Below are positions 23,488-24,046 of a stretch of 24,046 bases of DNA, one piece after another. The stretch lies in the IMG/VR virus record IMGVR_UViG_3300016474_000984, positions 1 to 24,046 of that record. The stretch is one strand, 5' to 3'. Source of the stretch: a virus (lineage: Duplodnaviria > Caudoviricetes). The notes under the pieces were generated by a model. The model worked only from the letters and a program-made list of their open reading frames with translations, was not told the DNA's origin and made no database searches. The translations under genes were made by a program, and so were the position numbers. Each line of letters starts with the position of its first letter. The stretch's first letter is position 1.

Positions 23488-24046
23488 ATGAACATCTTTG
23501 TCTTGGATAACGACGCTGCCACTTCCGCCCGCATGATGTGCGACAAGCATGTCATTAAAATGATTCTTGAATCATGCCAGCTGCTGTCTACGGCACATCA
23601 CGTGCTTGATGGTGAAGAACTCCTTGTTGTCAGCAACAAGCGCAAATACAAGTCTTACATTTGCACCAAGAAAAACATCTGCAAGGCAACCATGATTAAT
23701 CATCCTTGCACCATTTGGACACGCCAAACTCGTGCAAATTATTTGTGGCTGTGGCGTCATGCGTATGCCCTTTGCAAGGAATACACTCGCCGCTACGGCA
23801 AGGTCCACAAGATGGAATCCATGCTTATGGACGAATTGTATGATCCTCCGGTCAACATTACCAAAGCAAAGTTGACTCCATTTGCCCAAGCAATGCCCGA
23901 GCAATATCAGCATGAAAATGCAGTGGTTGCCTATAGGCAGTATTACATCAATGAAAAGGTCAGGTTTGCTCGATGGAGTTATTCTGAGGAGCCGGAGTGG
24001 TGGGCAGCGAAAGTAGCTGAGGTGGTTGAGGAGCCATTGCCGTTTT
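23488..24046 (+). CDS. Pyrimidine-dimer DNA glycosylase/DenV-family protein (partial; runs off right edge, absent from ORF track)
   Basis: MNIFVLD...CDKHVIKMILESCQLLSTAH...NHPCTIW...NYLWL...EYTRRYGKVH...FAQAMPEQY...AYRQYY...PEWW. Confidence 0.85.
   Translation, partial: MNIFVLDNDAATSARMMCDKHVIKMILESCQLLSTAHHVLDGEELLVVSNKRKYKSYICTKKNICKATMINHPCTIWTRQTRANYLWLWRHAYALCKEYTRRYGKVHKMESMLMDELYDPPVNITKAKLTPFAQAMPEQYQHENAVVAYRQYYINEKVRFARWSYSEEPEWWAAKVAEVVEEPLPF

Noticed and set aside
23572-23913. 113-aa minus-strand ORF and other short antisense or overlapping ORFs in the track (e.g. 277-513, 4942-5265, 5488-5901, 20245-20580, 22743-23233)
   Set aside because: They are shadows of well-supported genes on the other strand or frame, with no motifs or expression signals
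1-24046. Genome-wide stop-codon reassignment
   Set aside because: Core genes are intact under the standard code, and TGA acts as a stop in ATGA overlaps (gp48/gp53, gp6/gp7-like)

Overview
A 24-kb segment of a T4-like (Tevenvirinae/cyanomyovirus-type gene set) tailed phage genome. The left half is a minus-strand morphogenesis run: gp48, gp53, a gp27-like hub split into two in-frame ORFs, gp25, a short gp6, a very short gp7-like gene, a Cys-rich ORF, gp13, gp14, gp15, gp16 and a gp17 terminase that runs off the left edge. It is transcribed divergently from gp4, a gp54/gp19-like tube protein, gp26, a start-less gp51-like frame and a 140-aa ORF. Then come gp32 and gp33, two putative virion proteins, and an accessory region: wHTH protein, HEXXH metalloprotein, ferritin-like protein, 709-aa Cys-rich protein, WYL_2-like protein, GMP reductase guaC and a DenV-family glycosylase that runs off the right edge. 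Most notable observations: (1) a T-TTT-TTT slippery site joining gp26 to the start-less gp51-like frame by a -1 shift, matching the lambda G/GT and P2 E/E' tail-chaperone layout; (2) a miniaturised baseplate with no gp5/gp8 locally and only 140 aa in the tape-measure position; (3) late promoters placed repeatedly 5 nt before ATG, implying leaderless mRNAs; (4) five sigma70-like promoters all with 16-nt spacers; (5) a candidate 65-nt late two-hairpin RNA. All protein assignments come from remembered motifs and synteny, not database searches.
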